Shown one piece after another: positions 54,004 through 63,974 of a stretch of DNA of 64,000 nt; the first letter of the stretch is position 1; each line of letters begins with the position of its first letter. The position numbers were made by a program, and so were the translations under genes. Source of the DNA: a virus; IMG/VR virus record IMGVR_UViG_3300042945_001784, positions 16,808 through 80,807 of that record. The stretch is one strand, 5' to 3'. The notes under the pieces are model-generated. The model ran no database searches, was not told the DNA's origin, and saw only the letters and a program-made list of their open reading frames with translations.

Positions 54004-55735
54004 AGGTTACCTCTTTCTGGAGACTTTCGAGTGTTCTGTAAAGGAATGGCGTCAGATCAAGACGCGGATCAGCTGCCAGGGGGAGATCTGGGCGCTGGGG
54101 ATGAGGTGTACGCATTTCTTGATTAATGAGATCAAGGAATGATGCATACGCTCGTTGTACTTGACCAACCATCCGGAAAGGATAACCGGAGAGCATCTCT
54201 GCAACTTCGTCATCCGTTTTGGACGGGAACAAGTACTTAAGTGCCTCAATACTATCAACACCCAATTCTTGTAAGTTGCGGGTAAAGATAGATTGATTAA
54301 CTTTATCTTGTGGTGTGTCTTCATAGACAGGACCCATCCAGCGCCAAAGCACTGTGCGGTCACCATCTGGAGCAAGACCGATTACACCATCAGGAATCTC
54401 TTTGGTTTCAAAAGCTTTGTTTAAAGCTTTATCCAACCCTTTCTCATACTTCTCTTTTGCTTTACGGTGTTTTTCTAGTGCTTCATCATCAGCATTTTCC
54501 GGCAATATCGGATATGTTAACCCAGATGCAACTGCTAATGATTTACGGAAGAGCTGCTCTTCCTGATAGATCATCAGTTCAAAGCAACGGCAGATCCCGT
54601 AGGTATAAAGCTGCAGACACTTTTTCTTTGCGGTGGCGCTAACGCGACCATAAGCAGATTTAATTTCGGTAGCAGTAACGTTGGTAATTGAAAGGTCATC
54701 AATACCGCCGAGTGCTAAACGGATCTCAGAACGCAGTTGATCAACATAACGGGATTGATCTGTGCTGATGGCATTAGGTGTAATAAAGCCAACGCGATCT
54801 GTTGGTTCCAGGTTGGCAATCACCCGTGGAACACGGAGGCCGCCACCAGGTAAGCCGATGTAACCAGCTTGCTGGCGCTCTGTCGGATCTTGTTTGAAGG
54901 TCGAGCTGGAGAGAGAAAACTCTGATTGGAATCCAGATTGGCTTGCAATGCTGGGTCGTTGAACTGCACCGTCTTTTGCAGTTTCAACAATGTCGTGTTT
55001 TGGCCGGGATGAAAGGAGTGTTGGATTACCAAAGAACGACAGGTTTGCCCTGATGTTCTTTACCATCTCATCGTGAGCAATGATCTGGTTAGCTAACCAT
55101 TCAAATTCTCCGCTTCCATCAGTACCGAAAGCATCGGGATTGTTGAGAACTTCTACACAAGGAATAAATCCAAGAGTGTTCTCAAGTACTTTGTTATCGT
55201 TAAAGTTAAGTGTTGCCTCCAGTGAATCGAATGTGAGTTCCTGTTCACTGTGAAGTTCGTGAATTTCACTTGGCGTGATACGAAGCCGAACATAACGTTT
55301 ATCAGTAATCAGGCCTACGCCACCAAAACCACGGCTGGATTTAACCTTGTATGCATAGATAATGATGACCTCTTCTAGATCACCATCTGGAGAGTAATAA
55401 GTACGGTAAGCATCTTTATCAAACCAATACAATCTGTAAGTTTTCTTTGTTGGTCTGATATAAAACAGTCCTTTACCGTAAGATAAGAACCGATCCCAAA
55501 TAGAATCTAACCGTGCATCTAAACGATTGAACTTGATAACTTGCTGAATAAAATCAAAACGTTGAGTTCCAAAGTTATCTTGATTGGGATAAAACTCGAC
55601 GCCCTGCCGAATCCCAAACATCTTCATTTGGGAAAGGTGAGCATTGATGAGCATCGTGTCTGCTGTCCCCGTGGCCTCACGGTTAACAACAGCTTTGAGC
55701 ATTCCTTCTAAAACGGATTGGCTCTGGGTGCTCAT
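53501..55735 (-). CDS. Probable portal protein
   Basis: Large gene after terminase; 'ENTLGFIPCVEV.N', 'SATAKKK...Y' pattern. Confidence 0.6.
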   Translation of the reverse strand: MSTQSQSVLEGMLKAVVNREATGTADTMLINAHLSQMKMFGIRQGVEFYPNQDNFGTQRFDFIQQVIKFNRLDARLDSIWDRFLSYGKGLFYIRPTKKTYRLYWFDKDAYRTYYSPDGDLEEVIIIYAYKVKSSRGFGGVGLITDKRYVRLRITPSEIHELHSEQELTFDSLEATLNFNDNKVLENTLGFIPCVEVLNNPDAFGTDGSGEFEWLANQIIAHDEMVKNIRANLSFFGNPTLLSSRPKHDIVETAKDGAVQRPSIASQSGFQSEFSLSSSTFKQDPTERQQAGYIGLPGGGLRVPRVIANLEPTDRVGFITPNAISTDQSRYVDQLRSEIRLALGGIDDLSITNVTATEIKSAYGRVSATAKKKCLQLYTYGICRCFELMIYQEEQLFRKSLAVASGLTYPILPENADDEALEKHRKAKEKYEKGLDKALNKAFETKEIPDGVIGLAPDGDRTVLWRWMGPVYEDTPQDKVNQSIFTRNLQELGVDSIEALKYLFPSKTDDEVAEMLSGYPFRMVGQVQRAYASFLDLINQEMRTPHPQRPDLPLAADPRLDLTPFLYRTLESLQKEVTYAGRYRSADPIGTPTVFDPAEQLRGAGSTTDGSASSGGNNQPVGGALPAGPGTGTPDAGANFGSPVRPYPIVPASPTFSGEPVQGSVQSGGVAPEFTSSIPVPGSTVRTDAGNRPGQLQFPTDRNIQQQFGSPDLSVQPGLLAQLFPNIAGNNNTTAPRKRGKSSKS

Positions 55736-55751
55736 AATTGAAAAGAGTTAA

Positions 55752-55937
55752 TTAGTTGTCTTCGATCTCGTAACCAGTTTGCAGACGCCGTAAGGTAATT
55801 ACGTCATCCTCTACCTCAATATCAAACTCAGTTCCTGGTTGGAGCGCCATGTCGTGACACAGCTCATCAGGTAAAGGAATGATAGCTGAACCGTAAGCAT
55901 CTTGCTCAAGTTCAACAACAAAGTAACCGGTGCTCAT
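55752..55937 (-). CDS. AbrB/MazE-like protein
   Basis: 'GSAIIPLPDELCHDMALQPGTEFDIEVEDDVITLR'. Confidence 0.7.
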   Translation of the reverse strand: MSTGYFVVELEQDAYGSAIIPLPDELCHDMALQPGTEFDIEVEDDVITLRRLQTGYEIEDN

Positions 55938-55977
55938 TGGGACGTAGTATCAGTCTAATTCCGACAATACTCTAACC

Positions 55978-57501
55978 TTAATATTCCAACTCCAACTTAC
56001 CGCGAGTCATTAGGCCATTGCAAAGCCAGACCATGGCATCAACACAATCGTCATGGGAACTAACACCAAAATTAATGATCTCATCATGAAGCGCTTGAAA
56101 CTTGCGGAATTTATTAAAGAAGATCTTACGCTGCTCAAACAAGCCCATGATGCCCCTAAACCGTGCAAGTTTGTCGCCACGGAATCCTTTGACTGGATGC
56201 CAGATCAAGTTGTAAAGACCATGTTCCATCTGGCAGATCCGTTTGAAGTCAGCTTCTAGAGATGCTTGGTAGGCCACGGCTTCTGACCAAATATCAACAT
56301 TAGATCCTGTAGGAAAATATTTCTCACCATCTTTATAAACAATTCCCCATTCATACATCATCTCCATCATCGCTTCTAATTTTTCCAGGTTACCCATTAA
56401 GCGGAGACGCTTGGTATCAATGATGTAGATCTTATCCCCAACCCTGCCGCCTAGTACAAATACACTATAGTCATTGCGTTCACGCACGCCAGCAGAAAGG
56501 TCAACACCAACACCCAGCGTGTCAAACTCCGTTGGAATTTTGCTCTTGACAAGAAGATCAGGTGAGATAGATAACTCACTAGTTTGAACAATTTGATTCT
56601 GATACTGAAAACTAAAGCTGATTGGAGCCTGGCGTTTACGATCTTGGAGATACTCTAGTGACCACATCTCAGGCCAGTAGGATTTTTCATCGCCATTCTC
56701 ATCTACCGTAATAGCAGATTGAACAATCTGTACCCAGTCATTAGCTGGAGTAAAGGTTGTGTTATGAATATCGTCATGACGGAATCGAGTACCTAGGCAG
56801 ATTGCACGAGCACCTTCAAACATGGTAGGAACAATAACTGAGTTCCAGTTATCTTCCATAGCAGCACGAATATCTCTGTTTTTAATATCGTCAGCACTCT
56901 TAATAGCGTCATCAATAATACAAAGGTGCGAACGCTTTGAGGTCACAGCACCTTTAAGACCTGCACAACAAACGGTAAATTCTTCTTCACCAGTTGATCT
57001 AATTCCTGCAAACTTCCAATCAATACTCCAGTATTCATTGGAGTTAATCCCTTTGGCAATTTTAACCATTGGGAAGATTTCTTTATAGTGTTTATTCTCT
57101 TCAATGATGCGTTTAATGGCTGCACTCTTAGGGCGTGCAACATCAACAGTGTAAGAAATATAAAGGATTTTTAACGGTTTCTTATGCAGTGCATGAACGC
57201 CAATAGACCATGCAGTAAATAAACCAAGCACAGTGCTTTTTGCTGAGCCCCGTGGCGCCAGGATGTCTACGTTGGGGCCAGCAATGCCCATCAAACATTC
57301 AGAGTTATCGCCTGTGCAAAGATGCTCATGCCATAAACGCATGTGTGTAGCTGGTGGTTTTTCACCAACTACATCACAGAAATAAGAGAAATCAACGCGT
57401 GCCCGTTCAACATCAATATTGCTAGTCTTTTTAACAACCTGTTGTTTTGCACCAGCGCGGGCAGTGCGCCTATAAACAGCGTAGAGGGATGTGTTTGCCA
57501 T
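55978..57501 (-). CDS. terL: Terminase large subunit
   Basis: Walker A APRGSAKST, Walker B CIIDD, GTRF, nuclease GVDLS and HDDCVDA. Confidence 0.93.
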   Translation of the reverse strand: MANTSLYAVYRRTARAGAKQQVVKKTSNIDVERARVDFSYFCDVVGEKPPATHMRLWHEHLCTGDNSECLMGIAGPNVDILAPRGSAKSTVLGLFTAWSIGVHALHKKPLKILYISYTVDVARPKSAAIKRIIEENKHYKEIFPMVKIAKGINSNEYWSIDWKFAGIRSTGEEEFTVCCAGLKGAVTSKRSHLCIIDDAIKSADDIKNRDIRAAMEDNWNSVIVPTMFEGARAICLGTRFRHDDIHNTTFTPANDWVQIVQSAITVDENGDEKSYWPEMWSLEYLQDRKRQAPISFSFQYQNQIVQTSELSISPDLLVKSKIPTEFDTLGVGVDLSAGVRERNDYSVFVLGGRVGDKIYIIDTKRLRLMGNLEKLEAMMEMMYEWGIVYKDGEKYFPTGSNVDIWSEAVAYQASLEADFKRICQMEHGLYNLIWHPVKGFRGDKLARFRGIMGLFEQRKIFFNKFRKFQALHDEIINFGVSSHDDCVDAMVWLCNGLMTRGKLELEY

Positions 57502-57524
57502 CCCCTTACCCTAACTCCTTACAC

Positions 57525-58010
57525 TCAGGATTCTTCTGCCAGGATTTTTGTCCACACTGCCATTACAGCATCTTGGAGTGGACCTTCAATAGGGTCATCT
57601 TTGAAGATCAGTACAATCTCACGCAGAGCACGATCAGCACCAGCAAGGATTAATCCCTGCTTGTCACCAACATAACGCTCATCTTGAATCTGCTTAATAG
57701 CGCCACGTAGTTCTTTTTGCAGCATAGCAATACGAGCAGTACCGTTATCTTGTTTCACCATGCCCAAGTCAATAGCTTGACGCAGCTTTTCTACATCTTC
57801 TCGCATGTTATCAATTTCAATCTCCAGAATTTGCTGAAGATTTCTTTTTTTAAATGTTGATTGTTGCCACTCATCACATTCCACAATGTTACCTGTAAAC
57901 CCAAGGAATCGGGCATACAGGTACATCTGAATGGGGGAACTATGTTTTTTGCAAAATGTAAGGAACGCTTCTTTCTCGTTAGGACTTAAAGTTTCTAACC
58001 AATCAATCAC
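57525..58010 (-). CDS. Hypothetical protein, terminase small subunit candidate
   Basis: Helical 161-aa gene directly upstream of terL. Confidence 0.45.
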   Translation of the reverse strand: MIDWLETLSPNEKEAFLTFCKKHSSPIQMYLYARFLGFTGNIVECDEWQQSTFKKRNLQQILEIEIDNMREDVEKLRQAIDLGMVKQDNGTARIAMLQKELRGAIKQIQDERYVGDKQGLILAGADRALREIVLIFKDDPIEGPLQDAVMAVWTKILAEES

Positions 58011-59623
58011 GAACGGAATGCAGCACGTGCTTGACTATAATCCTTCTCCTCTCTGTAACGACGATACAGCTCTTGCTGCAGTTCAGTTTCACGTTGTTCA
58101 CGTGCTTGGCGACCAATGGTTTCACGCGTTTCAGTTCCACGTGTCTGCTCAAGTCCAGTTTCACCTGTGTAGCGTTCACGCTGTGTTGCACGCTCCTGTT
58201 CTCCAGTCAAACCAATCTGCCGCTCTTGGCCAGCCAAGAGTTCTGATTGGGTAGCGCGTTGTTCACGTCCGGTTGTTTGAATGCCCAGACGTTCTTCTGT
58301 GCCACGTAAACCAATCTGTCTTTCTTCTCCGGCTTGGCGTTCAAACTGTGTTAAACGCTCCTGAGTTCCAGCAGTCTCCATACCACGTCGTTCTTCTGTA
58401 CCACGAAGACCAATCTGACGTTCTTCACCAACCTGGCGCTCAGCTTGTGTACGGCGTTCTTCTGTACCAGTTAAACCAATCTGACGCTCTTGCCCAGCCA
58501 ACAGTTCACGCTGTGTGGAACGTTGTTGTTCACCGGTAGTGCTAATTCCTAGACGTTCTTGTTCGCCACGGGTAACAGCAGTTAACCGTTCTTGAGTACC
58601 GGTTAAACCAATCTGCCGTTCTTGACCGGCTAAAAGTTCAGACTGTGTTGCACGCTGTTCACGACCAGTTGTTTGAATACCTAAACGTTCTTGTTCTCCG
58701 CGAACCCGTGTAAGACCAGTTTCACCGGCAAACCGTTCTGTTTGCGTTCTCCTTTCTTCAGCACCGGTTAAACCGATTTGCCGTTCTTGACCTGCAAGTA
58801 ATTGCCCTTGTGTAGCGCGTTGCTGTTCTCCTGTTGCGCTAATTCCTAAACGTTCTTGCTCTCCACGAGTACCAATTAAAACTCCTTCACCAGCAAAACG
58901 CTGACGTTGAGTTTCTTGTTCACCAGCAATTTGTTGGCCCAGAGTTAAACGTGATTCCCGACCGGTTAAACCAATCTGACGTTCCTGTCCAGCAAGTAAT
59001 TGCTGTTGCGTAGCACGTTGCTGTTCACCAGTAGTAGTAATTCCAAGACGCTCTTGCTCACCGCGTGTAAGCGTAGTTAAGCGTTCTTGTTGACCAGTCA
59101 GGCCGATCTGTCGTTCCTGGCCAGCAAGTAATGCTTCTTGTGTAGCTCTTGTTTGTTCTCCGGTTAAACCAATCTGACGCTCTTGGCCAGCAAGAAGTTG
59201 TCCCTGTGTTGCTCTTTGTTCTGCTCCAGTCAGCCCAATCTGACGCTCTTGGCCAGCTAACAGTTCACGTTGTGTAGCACGTTGTTGTGCGCCTGTTAAA
59301 TCAATCTGACGTTCAGCACTTTGAGAAGCTAAACGTTGGGTTTCAATTTGTCCGCGAGCAGATTCTGTTGCTGCAAAACGTGTGGCACCAGCAGACTGTG
59401 CAGCTGCATACTTAGTGGCTTCTGATTGTGATTGAACTCCTTGAAGATTAAATTGTCCAATCTTTTCGTTTGATGCACTTTGAACATTCAGCTCATTTAA
59501 ACGTGCTTGATTATTAATGGCATTAGCTGTTTCTGCTTGGTTATAACCAAGGATGTCCATAATGGCATTGGACACACCTTGAATATCACCAAGATCAATA
59601 AGGTTGACGTTTTGCTTTGCCAT
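58007..59623 (-). CDS. 11-residue periodic repeat protein (tape-measure / ejection-protein-like)
   Basis: Many GQERQIGLTGE / QQRATQxxLLA / GEQERLGIxTT units. Confidence 0.7.
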   Translation of the reverse strand: MAKQNVNLIDLGDIQGVSNAIMDILGYNQAETANAINNQARLNELNVQSASNEKIGQFNLQGVQSQSEATKYAAAQSAGATRFAATESARGQIETQRLASQSAERQIDLTGAQQRATQRELLAGQERQIGLTGAEQRATQGQLLAGQERQIGLTGEQTRATQEALLAGQERQIGLTGQQERLTTLTRGEQERLGITTTGEQQRATQQQLLAGQERQIGLTGRESRLTLGQQIAGEQETQRQRFAGEGVLIGTRGEQERLGISATGEQQRATQGQLLAGQERQIGLTGAEERRTQTERFAGETGLTRVRGEQERLGIQTTGREQRATQSELLAGQERQIGLTGTQERLTAVTRGEQERLGISTTGEQQRSTQRELLAGQERQIGLTGTEERRTQAERQVGEERQIGLRGTEERRGMETAGTQERLTQFERQAGEERQIGLRGTEERLGIQTTGREQRATQSELLAGQERQIGLTGEQERATQRERYTGETGLEQTRGTETRETIGRQAREQRETELQQELYRRYREEKDYSQARAAFRS

Positions 59624-59679
59624 AAAAGTACTCTTGAACTGCTTTAACTATTATAGAGTTGTTTCTGGATAAGTCAGAT

Positions 59680-60258
59680 TCAAGTACGCAACCAAATACC
59701 TGCGGTGCCACGTTTTAAATCGCCAAAAGCACGTTGCCTTTCTGCTGTAGCAGAAGCTGCTAAACCAGCTTGCTGTTGCATAGACAGATTACGCGCAGCC
59801 TGTGCTGTTGGAGACAGTTCTTTCATGCGGAATGCTTCCATTTGACGGTTTAACTCTTGGTTGCGCATGTACTCTGTAAAAGGAAGCGAAGCTGCACCAA
59901 AAGCTGTAGCAGTACCAAGACCTAAAACGTTTTGTTTTAATTCAGTTTCTAACAGTCCAGGCTGCAATGCTTTTTGTAACTTGACATACTGGTCAATATC
60001 TAAATCAGTTGGAGATAAAGTTCCGGCGCCAGAGGTAGAAGGAGGTGAAGGAATCTGTTGAGTAAGTCCGCTTCCATACTGCTTTTGAAGTTCCTCTAAG
60101 GCAAGGTCAACTGTTTTACCAGTATTAAAATCAATGCCTTTGTATTTACCAACCTTGGACCACAGATCTTGAACGTTGAAGCCGCTAGGTTTAAAAGTAG
60201 TGCTACCAAAATAATTTGGAGTGCTTGGTTTGTAGAAACTACTAAAGTCCTGAGGCAT
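59680..60258 (-). CDS. Probable internal virion protein
   Basis: ORF in the minus-strand virion block. Confidence 0.55.
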   Translation of the reverse strand: MPQDFSSFYKPSTPNYFGSTTFKPSGFNVQDLWSKVGKYKGIDFNTGKTVDLALEELQKQYGSGLTQQIPSPPSTSGAGTLSPTDLDIDQYVKLQKALQPGLLETELKQNVLGLGTATAFGAASLPFTEYMRNQELNRQMEAFRMKELSPTAQAARNLSMQQQAGLAASATAERQRAFGDLKRGTAGIWLRT

Positions 60259-60273
60259 GACCAGCCCCTCCTA

Positions 60274-61080
60274 TCAGAAGTAACGGTACTGGGTAGAACC
60301 AGCTTGACCAATGTTGCTCATGAAACCTTCTGCCATCCGCTGAGCACCAAGCTGACCTTGCTGACGCATTGCAGCATCTGTAGCTAAGGCTGTTGCAAGC
60401 TGAGCAGCTTTAGCGCCACGAATCAGGTCAGCTTCTTTAGAACGCTGCTGATAAGCTTCTTGGTACGGAGCATAACGCAAAGCATTCTGCAAGCTCTGCA
60501 TATACTGCTGTTGTTCAAACCGTGCTTGACTCTGAATAGCACCAAGAGGATCGGCATAACCTGCTGCACCTGGAGGACCAAACTCACTGAGGTTAGAAGG
60601 AGTCATCTGGCCTGCACCATAACCAGGAACATCAGGCAGTTGCGGAGTGCTGGCACCAGTAACCTGTCCGCCAAGACCAACAGCTTTAGAAATCGGGGTA
60701 ACAGCCTTACCTGCAAGATTTGCGCCGCCAGCAGCAAGAGCAGGAACAGCTAAGCCGCCACCAATTAGTGCAGCGCCACCTAAACCTTTAGCAAGAGCAG
60801 CTTTGCCCATAACTTGCTGGCCAATAGGATTCAGAGTACTGGAACCGCCACGGGCAAATAACTGAGATGCTTTATAAGCTTCTGGAGCAATCTTTGCACC
60901 AAATGCAGTACCAGCAAGACGCGTACCGATAGCACTGGCAGCACCAGGAAGAACAGCACCTAAACCAGTGCCAAGTAAACCACCGCCAATTGTTTGGCCA
61001 ATATCGCCACCACTGCGTTTGTAAGCTTCTGCTGCGCCTAATCCACCCCCAAATAAAGCGCTAATCAGTAATGGGTTCAT
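60274..61080 (-). CDS. Glycine-zipper probable ejection protein
   Basis: Gly/Ala-rich hydrophobic N-half, Gln-rich C-half; ends YRYF. Confidence 0.6.
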   Translation of the reverse strand: MNPLLISALFGGGLGAAEAYKRSGGDIGQTIGGGLLGTGLGAVLPGAASAIGTRLAGTAFGAKIAPEAYKASQLFARGGSSTLNPIGQQVMGKAALAKGLGGAALIGGGLAVPALAAGGANLAGKAVTPISKAVGLGGQVTGASTPQLPDVPGYGAGQMTPSNLSEFGPPGAAGYADPLGAIQSQARFEQQQYMQSLQNALRYAPYQEAYQQRSKEADLIRGAKAAQLATALATDAAMRQQGQLGAQRMAEGFMSNIGQAGSTQYRYF

Positions 61081-61121
61081 GAAATTAAATCCTCTTAATT
61101 GTTATTTTAGAAGAACTATGC

Positions 61122-61658
61122 TTAACCAAAAAGACTACCGCCAGCACCACCAAGTCTTGCACCTAAACTGGCTCCAGCGGGACCGCCAGCAATGAACCCA
61201 ATGCCTGCTCCAGCAAGTGTTCCAATGGCTTCACCAATGCCACGACTACCACCAGTCTGTGTGGTTGTTTGTTCAGGAGTACCTAAATACATTGTGTAAC
61301 CTTTACCACGAGCTGCAGTGCCTACATTAGATCCATAACCACGTTCTTCTCTAGAAGAAGAAGGAAGACCGGAAGCACTGTTTTGTTTCTTATAACCAAG
61401 TGCTTTATCTAAAGCATTTATTGCTGCACCAAGCCAACTTGGTTGACCAGAACCAGAACCAGAGGCTAGTGCGCCAGTTCCACTTAAACCTGGCAAATTT
61501 AAAGAGCCACCCCAGTCAACACCAGGGGTCTGCCCCCAGTCGGTACCGCCTCCACCGCCGCCTCTACCTGCAGATCCCCAATCATATCCACCGATACTAG
61601 GTGCTGCACCTTTAAAAATATTATCTGTTTTAACGTAATTGTCGTAAAGTCCAGCCAT
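61122..61658 (-). CDS. Glycine-zipper probable ejection protein
   Basis: C-terminal GTLAGAGIGFIAGGPAGASLGARLGG. Confidence 0.6.
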   Translation of the reverse strand: MAGLYDNYVKTDNIFKGAAPSIGGYDWGSAGRGGGGGGTDWGQTPGVDWGGSLNLPGLSGTGALASGSGSGQPSWLGAAINALDKALGYKKQNSASGLPSSSREERGYGSNVGTAARGKGYTMYLGTPEQTTTQTGGSRGIGEAIGTLAGAGIGFIAGGPAGASLGARLGGAGGSLFG

Positions 61659-61660
61659 TA

Positions 61661-62869
61661 CTAATTCATGTAAGAAGTTAATTCTTGCCAACTAGAAACC
61701 GGTGGTTGGCCCAATGCTTCAGTTGCTGATTGGAAAGAACCGTATTTATGCTTTAAGTATTCTACCGGTTGTTCTTTCTTTAGACGGTTCTCTGCTTGTT
61801 TATTGAAGACGGCTTGAGAAGCTTTCTTTGCTAAATAACCAGCGCCAAGACCAGCAGCCACGAGGCCAGCAGCTACAGGTAATTTAGGTGCACCGATAGG
61901 TTCTTTCTGGCTAACTTCTTGGAGAAGATCTTGTAAATAATTAACACCACCTTGCGTTCCTTTCTTAATTGGAATACCTGCTTTTTCCACAGCAAGCCGG
62001 CGGCTAACTTGTTTGACTGCATCCTCCATTTCTGGAGTCCTTGTCATTACTGTTTGGGCATAACGCATTTTCTCTGGCAATGCTTTTTGCAGTGCTCCTG
62101 TAGTTCCAATAGCAGTTGCAGCACCAATAGCTGTGGATGCCGTAACAGGGAAACCAAAATATTGGATTTCAGGTTCATTTAATCCTTTTGCTGTGCCACG
62201 AATAATACCAAGAGGGCCAACAAAAGATTGCGTTTCAGGATCGACTTTTCCAAATCCATCTGGTTTCATCTGTTTATAACGCAGATACTGTTGATACGTT
62301 GGGTATGCAACTTCAGGACGTTCTTCTTTAAACGTTTGATACGGAAGAGGATCACCACGACGACCCGTAAAATAACGCAGTACAGATTCAGCAGCAGGGT
62401 TGGCAGAGGTACGACCTGTTGGATCTTCTTCTTTGGAAACTGGCAAGATACTTTTGAAGCCAGCGGGACGAGCACCTTGTAGTGGGTTGCCTACAGCACC
62501 GCCTAAAGCAGCAATAGCAAACGGAGTGCTGCGACCTAGTAGATCTGTAGTAAGGGGATCAAGTCCCATCTTCTCACCAGCAGCGCGTCCCACGTTGCGG
62601 CTAACAGCAAGAGCGTGGTTTAAAAACCAGTAGGTTCCGCGTGAGGCATCTGTTAAAACATCAAGGGCGCCAGTGGCTGCAGCCAGTGGAACATTACCTT
62701 CCTTTGCATATTGGATTGCTTCTTTTATACCACCATAAACAGCACGAGGTCCAGTTGCGCTACGACCTTGCTTTAAACCTTGTTCTACATAGTTACTAAA
62801 TTCACTGCCAAATTTTCCAGCAGCGGCAACACTATTAGAGAGGTAATTAGGAATATCTGCAAAACGCAT
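61661..62869 (-). CDS. Probable internal virion protein
   Basis: 402-aa Ala/Gly-rich ORF. Confidence 0.6.
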   Translation of the reverse strand: MRFADIPNYLSNSVAAAGKFGSEFSNYVEQGLKQGRSATGPRAVYGGIKEAIQYAKEGNVPLAAATGALDVLTDASRGTYWFLNHALAVSRNVGRAAGEKMGLDPLTTDLLGRSTPFAIAALGGAVGNPLQGARPAGFKSILPVSKEEDPTGRTSANPAAESVLRYFTGRRGDPLPYQTFKEERPEVAYPTYQQYLRYKQMKPDGFGKVDPETQSFVGPLGIIRGTAKGLNEPEIQYFGFPVTASTAIGAATAIGTTGALQKALPEKMRYAQTVMTRTPEMEDAVKQVSRRLAVEKAGIPIKKGTQGGVNYLQDLLQEVSQKEPIGAPKLPVAAGLVAAGLGAGYLAKKASQAVFNKQAENRLKKEQPVEYLKHKYGSFQSATEALGQPPVSSWQELTSYMN

Positions 62870-63555
62870 TAGAAGTACCGAGTTGTAGGAGTACTTAACA
62901 TTTGATTTGCAATCTCAAAGGGACTAGGAGTACCGCCTTGAGAAATGTGATAAATGTAGCTCGGGAACTTATAGTTCCTGGCGTACGTTAATTCTAAACG
63001 ACGTTGATGATCCATTGCTTCAGGACCACCTGCAACAATTGCTTGTGGTGTAGCAGCTAACTCAGCACCTGTAACATCTGCTTGTATACCAGTCTGAGTA
63101 TTACGTCCACCACCAAATCCTTCTGGTAAAACAGAACTTGTTACTGCTTTAGTTAATGGATCAGTAACAGCCATTCCACCAACAAGACCAACGCCTAACT
63201 TACCGGCACCAGCAGCAAAACCTGCTAAACCCTGTGCAGCAGACGGTGGAATACCCATACCTGCCATTCGTTGAGCCATTGCAGGTTCAATCTGAGAAAC
63301 GCCGGGTGCTACCTGTTTTAAGCCCGCCATAACACCACGTTCAACAGGACCACTGAGAACACCAAGTGTTGCAGCACGCATCAAGCTTTCAGGAAGAGGA
63401 GGTCCCTCCTGGCCCATGACTCGCGGTAACCCCTGTTCAAGTGCCAGGCTTATTGCACCGGTACGAGCAGCTTCTTTAGCAAACGCTTTGCCGCCAGCTG
63501 GAGCAACGATGGGGAGCAGGCGTTGTCCTGCTAAACGGAGAGCGGTTCCAATCAT
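62869..63555 (-). CDS. Probable internal virion protein
   Basis: Gly/Ala-rich; ends PTTRYF. Confidence 0.6.
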   Translation of the reverse strand: MIGTALRLAGQRLLPIVAPAGGKAFAKEAARTGAISLALEQGLPRVMGQEGPPLPESLMRAATLGVLSGPVERGVMAGLKQVAPGVSQIEPAMAQRMAGMGIPPSAAQGLAGFAAGAGKLGVGLVGGMAVTDPLTKAVTSSVLPEGFGGGRNTQTGIQADVTGAELAATPQAIVAGGPEAMDHQRRLELTYARNYKFPSYIYHISQGGTPSPFEIANQMLSTPTTRYF

Positions 63556-63974
63556 GAGATGCTAGTACCTTCTGAGCCTGGGAATTCTTTTCCTTTTTCA
63601 GCTTTTTGCTGAATTAATGCAGTTAATCCACCTGGATCAACTCGATCTTCTGGTCCTAAAACAGGACTGCGATCATAGTTTGCCAAGAAAGAACTCAGAT
63701 AATCTGGTCCACTAATAGAAAACGGATCTTTACCAGTGTTAGGAATAGTTTGATTTGTTCCGGGAGCATTTGTTAAATCAAGTTTTTCATCAAATGCTCC
63801 GTACTGTTTAGCAGGAAATACAGGGTTTGTATCACGTAGGTTGGCTAAGTACTTGTTAAGAAACGCTTTTTCTCCTGCCATTTGCTGATCAACAAATGGA
63901 CCCAAGGAGTCACCTGCATTATCTTTAGATGCAGCTTTAACTCTATTGAGATAAGGGATTTGCGTTTTAAACAC
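63552..63974 (-). CDS. Probable internal virion protein
   Basis: Contains KAFLNKY and FLANY. Confidence 0.55.
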   Translation of the reverse strand: MFKTQIPYLNRVKAASKDNAGDSLGPFVDQQMAGEKAFLNKYLANLRDTNPVFPAKQYGAFDEKLDLTNAPGTNQTIPNTGKDPFSISGPDYLSSFLANYDRSPVLGPEDRVDPGGLTALIQQKAEKGKEFPGSEGTSIS

